Shown here: positions 27,620 through 37,248 of the stretch, in pieces
Numbering within the stretch: position 1 is the first letter of the stretch
Layout: every line of letters starts with the position of its first letter
Source: an uncultured Clostridia bacterium
GTDB lineage: Bacteria > Bacillota > Clostridia > Christensenellales > CAG-314
NCBI GenBank assembly: GCA_947625115.1
Contig: CANQND010000005.1
Location: forward strand, 1,891 to 65,890
DNA length: 64,000 bases
Reading direction: 5' to 3'
Position numbers and translations under genes: made by a program
The notes under the pieces: generated by a model
The model's database searches: none
What the model was told of the DNA's origin: nothing
The model's input: only the letters and a program-made list of their open reading frames with translations

Positions 27620-30049
27620 TTACACGATTATGTTTACCAACCGACCGGGAATAACTATCACGTTCTTAACGGGGGAGCCGCCGATAGCTTGTTTTACGCT
27701 TTCGTCGGCAAGGACAAACTCTTGCAGTTCTTGTTTGGGAAGCGTGGCGTCCACAGTGAGGCGCACTTTCGGGCGGGAATTGATCTGAACGAGAATTTCC
27801 GTTTCCTCCGCTTGAAGCGCGCGTTCGTCGCATACGGGGAAAGCACTTACAACGATACTGCCGCTATGCCCCGTCTGTTGCCAAAGTTCCTCGCAAAAAT
27901 GCGGAGCCAACGGGCAGAGCAATTTGAGCAAATCGTCCGCCGTTGCGCGATAGAGATTTGCGTTTTTGACGGGAAGAGCGTCGTACTTGGACAGTGCGTT
28001 GACGAGTTCCATCATACGCGCCACCGCCGTGTTAAAGCTGAAAGAGGGGTAATCGGCGTCTACCGCCTTGATAGTGGCGTTGCGTACGCGGTTAAGCTCC
28101 TTTTCGTCGCGACCCGTTTTGTCGGTGACGGCGTAGTCGCCATAGGCGGCGGTTACGTACCTTTCCACGCGGTCGAGCCATTTGTTTATCGCCTTGATAC
28201 CGTCGTCCGACCAAGGACCGCCCTCTATGTAGCGGAAACCGAACGCCAGATAACAGCGGAAAACGTCCGCGCCGTAGACGTTGACGTAATCGTCGGGAGA
28301 TACCACGTTGCCGTGAGTTTTGCTCATTCGGTTGCCGTCGGGGCCTAAAATTACGCCTTGGTGTACCAACGACTTGAACGGTTCGTCAAAGTGCAGATAG
28401 CCCATATCCCTGAGTGCCTTGGTTATGAAACGCGCGTACAGCAAGTGCATACAGGCGTGTTCCGCTCCGCCGACGTATTTGTCTACGGGGAGCATTTTGT
28501 CTATCCACTCGGTGTCGAAAGGCTTGTCGGAATTGTGGGCGTCGGGGTATCTCAGATAGTACCAACTGCTGCAAACAAAGGTGTCCAGCGTGTCGGGATC
28601 TCGCGTGGCAGGCGCGCCGCATTTGGGACATACGACATCGTGAATGAATTTGCGGTGTTTGGCGAGAGGACTTGTGCCGTCGGGGCGGAACTCCACGTCG
28701 TAGGGCAACGTGACGGGCAGGTTTTCGTCCAACACCTCGCCGCAGTGAGGACAATATATTATCGGAATGGGCGCGCCCCAATAACGTTGACGGGAAACAA
28801 GCCAATCGCGCAGACGGTAGTTTGTTTTCAGTTCGCCTTTGCCCTTTTCGGCAAGTTTTTGCACCACGGCAAGTTTGCCCTGTTCGCTTATGAGTCCGTC
28901 AAATTCGCCGCTGTTGCACATAACGCCGTAGTCGCAGAAAGGCAAACTGTCGTCCACGTCCGCCGTTGCGCCCTTTATGACGCGCTTGATCGTCAAACCG
29001 TGTTTTTTTGCGAACAGGTAATCGCGCGCGTCGTGCGACGGTACGCCCATAACCGCACCCGTTCCGTAACTGTTAAGCACGTAGTCGCCTATCCACACCT
29101 GAACTTTGTCGCCGTTTATCGGGTTAACGGCGTACGCTCCCGTAAACACGCCTGTTTTTTCCTTGGCGGTGGAAAGACGCTCGATTTCGTTTGTCTTTGC
29201 CACTTCCTCAATATATGCGTTTACTTCCGCCCTGTGTTCGGGTAGGGTGATCTTTTCAACGAGTTCGTGTTCGGGAGCAAGCACCACGTAGGTACAGCCG
29301 AACAGCGTATCGGCGCGGGTGGTAAACACTTTGAAACTGCCGCTTCCGTCGGCGAGATCGAAAACTATTTCGCCGCCCTGCGATTTGCCTATCCAATTGC
29401 GTTGCATTGCCTTTGTCTTTTCGGGCCAATCCAAGCCGTCCAAGCCGTCCAACAACTCTTCGGCATAGTCGGTTATTTTGAAAAACCACTGCGTCAAATC
29501 TTTTTTTACGACCTGACTGTCGCACCGCTCGCAATGTCCGTCCACCACTTGTTCGTTTGCAAGCACCGTGTTGCAACTCGGACACCAATTGACGGGAGCT
29601 TTTTTGCGATAGGCAAGCCCGTGTTTGTACAGCTCGGCGAATATCCACTGAGTCCAACGGTAGTACTCGGGCAAGCAGGTTTTTATTTCGTGATCCCAAT
29701 CGAACATCGCGCCGATGTTTTTGAGCTGGGTTTCCATTACCTCGATATTGTGCAAAGTGCTGTCCTGCGGGTGAACACCCGTTTTTATCGCGTAGTTCTC
29801 CGCGGGCAGACCGAATGCGTCAAAGCCCATCGGCTGAAAGACGTTTTTGCCTTTCATTATCTGATAACGGGCAAAGCTGTCCGTCAGACCGTAGTTGTAC
29901 CAATGCCCGACGTGCAACTTGCTTCCGCTGGGATAACTGAACATTTCCAAAACATAGTACTTGTTGTCTACGTTCTTTTTGTCAAACTTGTAGACTTGAC
30001 TTTTTTGCCAAAGTTCGTTCCACTTGCGTTCTACTGCTATTTTATCCAT
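27620..30049 (-). CDS. leuS: Leucine--tRNA ligase
   Basis: [40 protein letters not shown]. Confidence 0.97.
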   Translation of the reverse strand: MDKIAVERKWNELWQKSQVYKFDKKNVDNKYYVLEMFSYPSGSKLHVGHWYNYGLTDSFARYQIMKGKNVFQPMGFDAFGLPAENYAIKTGVHPQDSTLHNIEVMETQLKNIGAMFDWDHEIKTCLPEYYRWTQWIFAELYKHGLAYRKKAPVNWCPSCNTVLANEQVVDGHCERCDSQVVKKDLTQWFFKITDYAEELLDGLDGLDWPEKTKAMQRNWIGKSQGGEIVFDLADGSGSFKVFTTRADTLFGCTYVVLAPEHELVEKITLPEHRAEVNAYIEEVAKTNEIERLSTAKEKTGVFTGAYAVNPINGDKVQVWIGDYVLNSYGTGAVMGVPSHDARDYLFAKKHGLTIKRVIKGATADVDDSLPFCDYGVMCNSGEFDGLISEQGKLAVVQKLAEKGKGELKTNYRLRDWLVSRQRYWGAPIPIIYCPHCGEVLDENLPVTLPYDVEFRPDGTSPLAKHRKFIHDVVCPKCGAPATRDPDTLDTFVCSSWYYLRYPDAHNSDKPFDTEWIDKMLPVDKYVGGAEHACMHLLYARFITKALRDMGYLHFDEPFKSLVHQGVILGPDGNRMSKTHGNVVSPDDYVNVYGADVFRCYLAFGFRYIEGGPWSDDGIKAINKWLDRVERYVTAAYGDYAVTDKTGRDEKELNRVRNATIKAVDADYPSFSFNTAVARMMELVNALSKYDALPVKNANLYRATADDLLKLLCPLAPHFCEELWQQTGHSGSIVVSAFPVCDERALQAEETEILVQINSRPKVRLTVDATLPKQELQEFVLADESVKQAIGGSPVKNVIVIPGRLVNIIV

Positions 30050-30336
30050 AAAAACCTCGATGATATTTGTAACAAAATTGTAGTCCAAGGCAAAGGAAAT
30101 GTCAAGAAAAAGACATATATCAAAAAAACCGTCTTTATTTCGATTTTTGTTCGAGTTTGTTTTGAATAAATGTCGAAATTTGTCATTTTTTTACGAATAA
30201 TGCGGTATATTGTCGGTATGAATGAAATAAATTGCGCATTTTTTCATTAAAAGAATTGGATATTTTTGTAAAAAAGTGTTGTATTGTGTAAAAATTTGTG
30301 CTATTATTATTTCAAACAGCAACAGGAGAAAAGGCT

Positions 30337-30774
30337 ATGTCAAGCATCGAAAACAACCGCTTTTTGCACGGCAAAGAATTGTATGACAGTATTGTAGGCA
30401 GCGACATTTGTGATGTAAACGTGCTTGTCGGACAACTGTTGATGGGACTCGGTTTCAAAAACAAACTGATAGGCACGCGATTTTTGCACGACGCGATACT
30501 CTACCGCTACGAAAGAGCCGACGAGGCTCACGTGAGTTACTCCAACGAAGTATATTCCGCCGTAGCCGAAAAACAGAACTCCACCGCCAGCTGTGTGGAG
30601 CGCGCAATACGCAACGCCATCGTTGATTGCAAAAATTTCGGCAATTTGGACGCGTTGGACGAACTGCTTCACGGCAGAGTTTCCGTTTTCGGGTACACGC
30701 CGTCCAATTCGGAACTGATAAGCAGTATCGTCGGGTGGCTGCAAATCGAAAAGGAAAAAGGACATATAAAATAA
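30337..30774 (+). CDS. Stand-alone Spo0A C-terminal (effector) domain protein
   Basis: STASCVERAIRNAI HTH and PSNSELI match Spo0A_C; no receiver domain. 0A-box TGTCGAA at 30171-30177. Confidence 0.85.
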   Translation: MSSIENNRFLHGKELYDSIVGSDICDVNVLVGQLLMGLGFKNKLIGTRFLHDAILYRYERADEAHVSYSNEVYSAVAEKQNSTASCVERAIRNAIVDCKNFGNLDALDELLHGRVSVFGYTPSNSELISSIVGWLQIEKEKGHIK

Positions 30775-30833
30775 TTGCGTTGCGGTCTTGTTTTTTGACT
30801 TTGTGCGGAGTATAATAGACGCAAGAGGTGCGT

Positions 30834-31736
30834 ATGCCAAAATACGACGCAAAAGAATGGACAAAACGCGACTGCTTGCAGTGCCTCGCGTGGCGCGAGG
30901 GAGATTGCAACAAGGGGGATTTCGGCTACATCGCGTTGGTGGGCGGAAGTCTGAAATACAGCGGAGCGGCAAAACTTGCCAACATCGCGGCGGCGGCAAT
31001 GAGAAGCGGCGCGGGAGTAGTGAAACTTGCCGTACCCAAGACTATCGCAAACGCCGTTGCGCCTTACCTGTGCGAAAGCACGCTTTTTCCGCTGTCCGAC
31101 GAGGACGGAGAAATTCTGTTTGACGAAAAGGAAATATCCCTGTTGACAGCCAACGTCAACGCGGTGGGCATAGGTATGGGTTGCGGTACGGGCAACGGAG
31201 TTAAAGAAACGGTGCGCTTTCTGTTGCGGGAGTTCGACGGAAACTTGGTTGTGGACGCAGACGGGCTGAATTGCATTGCTCAAACGGGTGCGCAAGTGCT
31301 TGACGGTTGCAAACCGCGCGTTGTGCTTACGCCTCACGTAAAGGAATTTTCGCGGCTGACGGGCAAAACCGTCAATGAGATAACGGATGACCCGCAAACT
31401 GCCGCCAAAGAGTTTGCGGCTCGGCACGGAGTGACCCTTTTGCTGAAAGGAGCCGTAACCGTTGTTACGGACGGAAAAGAAACGTACGCGGTAAAACGAG
31501 GTTGCGCGGGTATGGCAACCGCGGGAAGCGGCGACGTGTTGTCGGGGATAGTTACGGCGTTGCTCGGTTACAATCCCGACAAAACGTTGCAGGCAACGGC
31601 AACGGCGGCGTACGTCAACGGTTTTGCGGGAGAGCTTGCTCAAAAAAACCTCAACCCCATATCGATGATCGCAAGCGACACCGCTATGCAAATAGCGCGA
31701 GCGATAACGCTACTTACCAAAACGGACGACGTTTGA
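30834..31736 (+). CDS. nnrD: ADP-dependent NAD(P)H-hydrate dehydratase
   Basis: NKGDFG, GGS..YSGAA, VVDADGL, LTPHVKEFSRL, LLKGA, MATAGSGDVL. Confidence 0.93.
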   Translation: MPKYDAKEWTKRDCLQCLAWREGDCNKGDFGYIALVGGSLKYSGAAKLANIAAAAMRSGAGVVKLAVPKTIANAVAPYLCESTLFPLSDEDGEILFDEKEISLLTANVNAVGIGMGCGTGNGVKETVRFLLREFDGNLVVDADGLNCIAQTGAQVLDGCKPRVVLTPHVKEFSRLTGKTVNEITDDPQTAAKEFAARHGVTLLLKGAVTVVTDGKETYAVKRGCAGMATAGSGDVLSGIVTALLGYNPDKTLQATATAAYVNGFAGELAQKNLNPISMIASDTAMQIARAITLLTKTDDV

Positions 31737-31784
31737 ATTACACGCCGTCCGTTTTTTTACAACTTTTTTACGATTTTCGGAAAA

Positions 31785-32690
31785 TTATTTTACGAGTTCC
31801 GCGAACTCCGCCGCAGCCAAGCCCGCAATCGCGCCGTCGCCTATCGCTGTTGCGCACTGCCTAACCGATTTGGTACGGCAATCTCCCGCGGCAAAAACGC
31901 CCTTGCAACTTGTGCGACAGTCCTCGCCGGCAACGACGTAGCCCTGCTCGTTCAAATTGACCAACTCGGCGAAATCTTCGTTGTGAGGCTCCTGCCCTAT
32001 CGCCACGAATACGGCGGCGCAGTCGATACGCCGTTCACGGCCGCCGTCGTCGATACCTATCAAACCGTCGACGCATTCGCTACCCGTTATTTCCGTGACG
32101 CGCACGTTCCGCACCCAATCGATCTTGTCGCAGAGGCAAAGACGCCGTTCCAATTCTCTGTCGCAAAACAATTTGTCGAATATAGTTACGAGCGTCACTT
32201 GGGAACATATTTCCGAAAGGTACAACGCGTACTGCACAGCACTGTTGCCGTCGCCAACAACGCACACGGGCTTGTCCTTGTAAAAAGCCGCGTCGCAAAC
32301 GGCGCAATAACACACGCCCTTGCCACGCAAATGCTCTTCGCCCTTGACGTTGAGCGTTTTGTGAGTAACGCCCGTGGCAAGTACCACCGCCTTGCAAGAG
32401 TAAGTTGCGTACTCGGTGGTTACGACAAATCCGTTTTCGGAAAGGCTGACTTTTCCGCGCCCCATATCAAATTCCACCCCGTGAGAGGTGGTTTGTTCAA
32501 ACATTTTGTCGGCAAGTGCCGCGCCCGTTGTTTCCGCCACGGAGGGAAAGTTTTCCACGCGCGGAGAAGTAGCTATTTGTCCGCCGAAAGCGTTCGCCTC
32601 CAACAGCATAACCTTTTTGCCTGCGCGCGCCGCATACAGAGCGGCGGTCAGACCCGCAGGTCCGCCGCCGATAACAACAATGTCGTACAT
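31785..32690 (-). CDS. trxB: Thioredoxin reductase
   Basis: GGGPAGLTAALY, YCAVCD, VGDGNSA, FAAGDC. Confidence 0.92.
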   Translation of the reverse strand: MYDIVVIGGGPAGLTAALYAARAGKKVMLLEANAFGGQIATSPRVENFPSVAETTGAALADKMFEQTTSHGVEFDMGRGKVSLSENGFVVTTEYATYSCKAVVLATGVTHKTLNVKGEEHLRGKGVCYCAVCDAAFYKDKPVCVVGDGNSAVQYALYLSEICSQVTLVTIFDKLFCDRELERRLCLCDKIDWVRNVRVTEITGSECVDGLIGIDDGGRERRIDCAAVFVAIGQEPHNEDFAELVNLNEQGYVVAGEDCRTSCKGVFAAGDCRTKSVRQCATAIGDGAIAGLAAAEFAELVK

Positions 32691-32703
32691 TACAGTACTT
32701 CTC

Positions 32704-35067
32704 CTACTTTGCGCTTTCGATGTACTTGCGTACATTGGAAGCGTTTTCGTACATTTTGTAGCTGTCGCCGTCCGCAACGATCAACGTGGGAGTCAACTTT
32801 ACCTGAAACTTTTTGGTAAGTTCGACGTTTTGCATAGCGTTGATCTCTTCTACGTCAAGGTGAGCCTTTTGCAACATAAGTTCCGCCATACGGCAATTGG
32901 GGCAGTTGTCCTGAACAAAGAGCAAGGGTTTAAGTATGCACGTTTGAGCCTTTGTTTCCTCCTCCTCGTGCGCGACAAGGCATTTCTTTTGCACACTGCG
33001 CTCGGGTTCGTAGGTTTTACGTTCTTTCCACTCCTGCTGTTTGCCGTCGTTCCAATTTTGTACGGGACGATAGTAACCTGTTATGCGGCTGTACACTTCC
33101 GTCTTTTTGTGGCAATGCGGACACTCGTACACTTCTCCCGCAAGGTAACCGTGATCGGGACATACCGAATACGTGGGAGAAAGCGTGTAGTACGGCAGAC
33201 GATAGTTTTCCGCAATTGTACGCACCAACTTCATTGCCGAACGCCAATCGGGCAAACGCTCGCCGAGGAAGCCGTGGAACACCGTACCCGACGTGTACAG
33301 GGTCTGCAATTCGTCCTGAATGTCCAACGCGTCGAAAATATCGTAAGTGTAGCTTACGGGCAGGTGAGAACTGTTGGTGTAGTAGGGGGTTTCGCCCTTT
33401 TTGCTTGCGAAGATCATATCGGGGTACAACTTTTGATCGTGCTTGGCAAGGCGGTAAGCGGTAGACTCGGCGGGAGTGGCTTCGAGGTTGTACAAATCGC
33501 CGTACTTTTCCTGATAGTCGCTCAAACGTTCGCGCATATGGTTGAGTACCTTTTTGGTAAAGGTTTGCGCGCGCACGTCCGTCATATCGCAAGCCAGCCA
33601 AGCGGCATTGAGGCAAGCCTCGTTCATACCCACCAATCCGATAGTGGAAAAGTGATTGTCAAAGGATCCCAAATAACGCTTGGTGTAGGGGTACAGCCCC
33701 GCCTCCATAAGTTTGGTTACCGTTGTGCGCTTGATTTTGAGAGAACGGGCGGCAATGTCCATCATCTTGTCCAAGCGGGAGAAAAATTCCTCTTCGTTTT
33801 TGCTGAGATAGGCAATACGCGGCATATTTATGGTAACTACGCCGATGGAACCAGTGGATTCGCCGCTACCGAAGAAGCCGCCGCTCTTTTTGCGCAGTTC
33901 GCGCAAGTCCAAACGCAGACGGCAACACATACTGCGCACGTCGCTGGGCTTCATATCGCTGTTGATATAGTTGCTGAAATAGGGCGTGCCGTACTTGGCG
34001 GTCATTTCAAACAACAACTTGTTGTTTTCCGTTTCGCTCCAATCGAAGTCCTTGGTTATGGAATAAGTGGGAATGGGATATTGAAAACCGCGCCCGTTGT
34101 AGTCGCCCTCTATCATAGTTTCGATAAACGCTTTGTTTACCATATCCATTTCCTTTTTGCAATCCTTGTAGCGGAAAGGCATTTCCTTGCCGCCTACAAT
34201 GCAGTGCAGTTCCGCCAAGTCGTCGGGAACGGTCCAATCCAACGTTATGTTGGAGAAAGGAGCCTGCGTTCCCCAACGGCTGGGAATGTTCACCCCGTAG
34301 ATAAAGGATTCGATACATTTTTTCGTTTCGTCGTAGGTGAGGTTGTCCGCCTTTACGAATGGTGCCAGATAGGTGTCGAAAGAGCTGAAAGCCTGCGCGC
34401 CCGCCCATTCGTTTGCCATAATACCGATAAAGTTTACCATTTGGTTGCACAGCGTAGCCAAGTGTTTGGCGGGAGCGGAAGTGATTTTGCTTGTAACTCC
34501 GCCCAAGCCCTCTTGAATGAGCTGTTTCAAACTCCAACCCGCGCAATAACCGCTGAGCATACCGAGATCGTGCAGATGCATTGCGCCGCTACGATGAGCC
34601 TCGGCGATTTCCTCGTCGTACACCTCGCTCAACCAATAGTTGGCGGTTATGGCTCCGCTGTTGCTGAGGATAAGACCGCCCACCGAATAGGTAACGGTGC
34701 TGTTCTCCTTGACGCGCCAATCGGCGATTTTCAGATAGTTGTCCACCACCGACTTGTAGTCGAGAATGGTTTCGCCCGCCCTACGCGCGTTTTCGTGGTT
34801 TTTGCGGTACAAAATGTATGCCTTGGCAATGTCGGCGTAACCCGTTTGGATCAACACCGTTTCAACGCTGTCCTGAATGTCCTCTACCGACACAATGCCG
34901 TCCGTTACCTTGTCCAAGAAATCTGCGGTAACTTTGAGCGCGAGCATATCGATAATGTCTTGCGAATAGGGCTTTTTGCACCCCTCGAAAGCGGCTTTGA
35001 TGGCGTCGCTGATTTTTGAAAGTCTGAATTCGATAATTTGACCGTTTCTCTTTCTTACCTGATACAT
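32704..35067 (-). CDS. nrdD: Anaerobic (class III) ribonucleoside-triphosphate reductase with N-terminal ATP cone and C-terminal glutaredoxin-like domain
   Basis: VRKRNG ATP cone, SMCCRL, EATPAES, CPDH..CPHC, YSRITGYYRPV glycyl site, then CPNC...TPTL. Confidence 0.95.
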   Translation of the reverse strand: MYQVRKRNGQIIEFRLSKISDAIKAAFEGCKKPYSQDIIDMLALKVTADFLDKVTDGIVSVEDIQDSVETVLIQTGYADIAKAYILYRKNHENARRAGETILDYKSVVDNYLKIADWRVKENSTVTYSVGGLILSNSGAITANYWLSEVYDEEIAEAHRSGAMHLHDLGMLSGYCAGWSLKQLIQEGLGGVTSKITSAPAKHLATLCNQMVNFIGIMANEWAGAQAFSSFDTYLAPFVKADNLTYDETKKCIESFIYGVNIPSRWGTQAPFSNITLDWTVPDDLAELHCIVGGKEMPFRYKDCKKEMDMVNKAFIETMIEGDYNGRGFQYPIPTYSITKDFDWSETENNKLLFEMTAKYGTPYFSNYINSDMKPSDVRSMCCRLRLDLRELRKKSGGFFGSGESTGSIGVVTINMPRIAYLSKNEEEFFSRLDKMMDIAARSLKIKRTTVTKLMEAGLYPYTKRYLGSFDNHFSTIGLVGMNEACLNAAWLACDMTDVRAQTFTKKVLNHMRERLSDYQEKYGDLYNLEATPAESTAYRLAKHDQKLYPDMIFASKKGETPYYTNSSHLPVSYTYDIFDALDIQDELQTLYTSGTVFHGFLGERLPDWRSAMKLVRTIAENYRLPYYTLSPTYSVCPDHGYLAGEVYECPHCHKKTEVYSRITGYYRPVQNWNDGKQQEWKERKTYEPERSVQKKCLVAHEEEETKAQTCILKPLLFVQDNCPNCRMAELMLQKAHLDVEEINAMQNVELTKKFQVKLTPTLIVADGDSYKMYENASNVRKYIESAK

Positions 35068-35175
35068 TTTGTCCTCCGTTGTTGCTCCGATTTTTCACGC
35101 CGCAATCTTCTCGGCGGCGCAAGGGGTGAGCCTCTTTATTGTAGTACAACCGATAACTTTTTGTCAACGGTTAAA

Positions 35176-35223
35176 ACACAATATATTGTGTTAGTTTTTC
35201 ACTTTTGCCACAATATATAGTAT
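35176..35223. promoter_or_regulatory. Tandem NrdR boxes
   Basis: ACACAATATATTGTGT (35176-35191) and CCACAATATATAGTAT (35208-35223), 32 bp apart, next to the nrdD promoter TTGACA-18-TACAAT (35138-35167). Confidence 0.85.
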
Positions 35224-35269
35224 GTCAATCATAAACATATTTCAGACATACTCGGCGCGCTTCGGCAAC

Positions 35270-35377
35270 AAAAAAAGAGGCGACTTCGTTGGTCGCCTCT
35301 TCAAGAAGGAGGGTTCGGTCAGAAAAACTGATATCTAAGGGGTAAACGCTTTGAAGCTACCCGAGAAATTCTTAACC
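35270..35377 (-). ncRNA. Candidate stand-alone sRNA with anti-Shine-Dalgarno motif
   Basis: TTGACA(35407-35412)-17-TATACT(35384-35389), two stems, CCCTCCTTC, terminator AAGAGGCGAC/GTCGCCTCTT plus T tract. Confidence 0.55.
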
Positions 35378-35477
35378 TTACATAGTATAGCATTGCTTTT
35401 GCCCAATGTCAATACCGATTTTTGTGAACGTTGCAGATTATTTTTTCGCGCTTGACGTATTCGGGCGAAAAACGGGT

Positions 35478-35663
35478 CTACTGCTCCACTTCTATTGCGT
35501 TGACGGGGCAAACTTCCGCCGCCTCGTAGGTTTTGTCGGGGAAGTTTTCGGGGTTGCCCACAACGGAAGAAAAACCGTCGGAACCTATCTCGAACACTTC
35601 GGGACAAACGTCCGCGCACATTCCGCAACCGATACAATCATCTTTTTTTACAAACGCTTTCAT
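35478..35663 (-). CDS. Single-cluster ferredoxin
   Basis: GGAGG RBS; CIGCGMC...CPVNAI; 61 aa. Confidence 0.92.
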   Translation of the reverse strand: MKAFVKKDDCIGCGMCADVCPEVFEIGSDGFSSVVGNPENFPDKTYEAAEVCPVNAIEVEQ

Positions 35664-35763
35664 AGTCGCCTCCGAATATTCTGTACGAATATTGTACCCT
35701 ATCCTAAGGAAAAACAAACGTTTGTTTGCTCGTTTTGCGGCGACCTTTGACGAAAACGCGGCG

Positions 35764-37248
35764 TTAATTGCGGGAGTACTTTGCAATCAAGTAGTTTACG
35801 TAGTAGTCGGGGTTGAAATCTTCACCCGTTGCCAAACGCAAAATTTCGTCGGGATATTTGCTTGCGCCGTACTTGTGGACGCGCTCTTTGAGCCAAGCGT
35901 TGACGCGCGCCGTTGTGCCGCTTGCAAGGCTTTGCTCCACGTTGAAATCTTTGCTCATTGCGTGATACAACTGCGCCGCTATCGCGCTGCCGAGTGCGTA
36001 GGTGGGAAAATAGCCGAAATCGCCGTAAGCCCAATGCACGTCCTGCAACACTCCGAGAGAATCGTTGGGCGGGGTTATGCCGAAGTACTCGGTAAACTTT
36101 TTGTTCCAATACTCGGGCAGATCGGCTGTTTCCAACTCGCCCGAAATGAGTTTCTGCTCGATTTCGTAACGCAACATTATGTGGAGCGGGTAGGTCAACT
36201 CGTCCGCCTCGGTGCGAACGAAACTCGCTTCCGTTCTGTTTACGTACCCGACAAATTCCTCAACGCTCACGCCGTCCAGCTTGGGCGCGAAAACGCTTTG
36301 CAATTTGGGATAATGTACGCGCCAGAAAGCCTCGCTACGACCGATAATATTTTCGTAGAAACGCGATTGACTTTCGTGCATACCGAGGCTTGCGCCGCCT
36401 CCGCAAAGAGTACCGTTGAGCTTGGGATCGACCTGACGTTCGTAGGTGGCGTGTCCCGTTTCGTGAATGACGGAAAACACGGACGAAACAAAATCGTTTT
36501 CGTAGTAGTGAGTGGTTATTCGCACATCGTCGGTGCCGATACCGCTTGTAAAGGGGTGTTCGCTTTCTTTCATTATGCCGAAATTTTTGTCAAAACACAT
36601 CACGTCGCGAATATATTCGCAAAATTCGCGCTGTTTTTCCTTTTCGATCTTCTGCTTTGCCCACTGCGGTACGGGAGCGACGCGCGCCGTCTTTTGCTTT
36701 ACAAAGGGAACAAGCCTGTTGCGCAACACGTCGAAAAACGCGTCGTACTTTGCCTGCGTGAAATGCGGTTCGTACATATCCAACAAAACGTCGTAACCCT
36801 TTGCGGAATCGCTTTCCAACCACACCGTAAGTTTGCGGCAGTAACGGACGATACGTTCAAGATACGGCTCGAACAGCCGAAAATTGCCCGTTAGTTTTGC
36901 CTCGACGTAGACGGGGTACGCTTTGGCAGTAAGTTCGCCGAAAGCGGAGTACTCGTTCATCGGGATCTTTTTTGTGTCGGCAACGGACTTGTGCGTGACC
37001 TCTATTTCGTGGCGTAACGCTTCGTCCAAAGTTTCGCGATTTGCATACAACGCTTCGACGCACCGCTCGAACTCGGGGTCGGTGGTCAGCTTGTACTCCA
37101 TTTCCGCCAAAACCGACTGATACGCGCTATCCGCCGCTATGCTGCCCGCCGCGGCGTCCGTCTGCGCGTCCCAACCTGTCAAAAAGTCTATGTAGTTGAA
37201 AGCCGACAATTTTTTTCTCTGTTCGAGGTAAAATTCCAATTCTTTCAT
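35764..37248 (-). CDS. Carboxypeptidase Taq (M32) metallopeptidase
   Basis: HPF, DVRITT, HETGH, HESQS, VRTEADE, QDVHW, GYFPTYALG. Confidence 0.95.
   Translation of the reverse strand: MKELEFYLEQRKKLSAFNYIDFLTGWDAQTDAAAGSIAADSAYQSVLAEMEYKLTTDPEFERCVEALYANRETLDEALRHEIEVTHKSVADTKKIPMNEYSAFGELTAKAYPVYVEAKLTGNFRLFEPYLERIVRYCRKLTVWLESDSAKGYDVLLDMYEPHFTQAKYDAFFDVLRNRLVPFVKQKTARVAPVPQWAKQKIEKEKQREFCEYIRDVMCFDKNFGIMKESEHPFTSGIGTDDVRITTHYYENDFVSSVFSVIHETGHATYERQVDPKLNGTLCGGGASLGMHESQSRFYENIIGRSEAFWRVHYPKLQSVFAPKLDGVSVEEFVGYVNRTEASFVRTEADELTYPLHIMLRYEIEQKLISGELETADLPEYWNKKFTEYFGITPPNDSLGVLQDVHWAYGDFGYFPTYALGSAIAAQLYHAMSKDFNVEQSLASGTTARVNAWLKERVHKYGASKYPDEILRLATGEDFNPDYYVNYLIAKYSRN

Noticed and set aside
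32488-35019. 843-aa plus-strand ORF
   Set aside because: Antisense shadow of nrdD. The shadows at 15326-17596, 35533-36894, 37842-39620 and 41061-42497 are rejected for the same reason.
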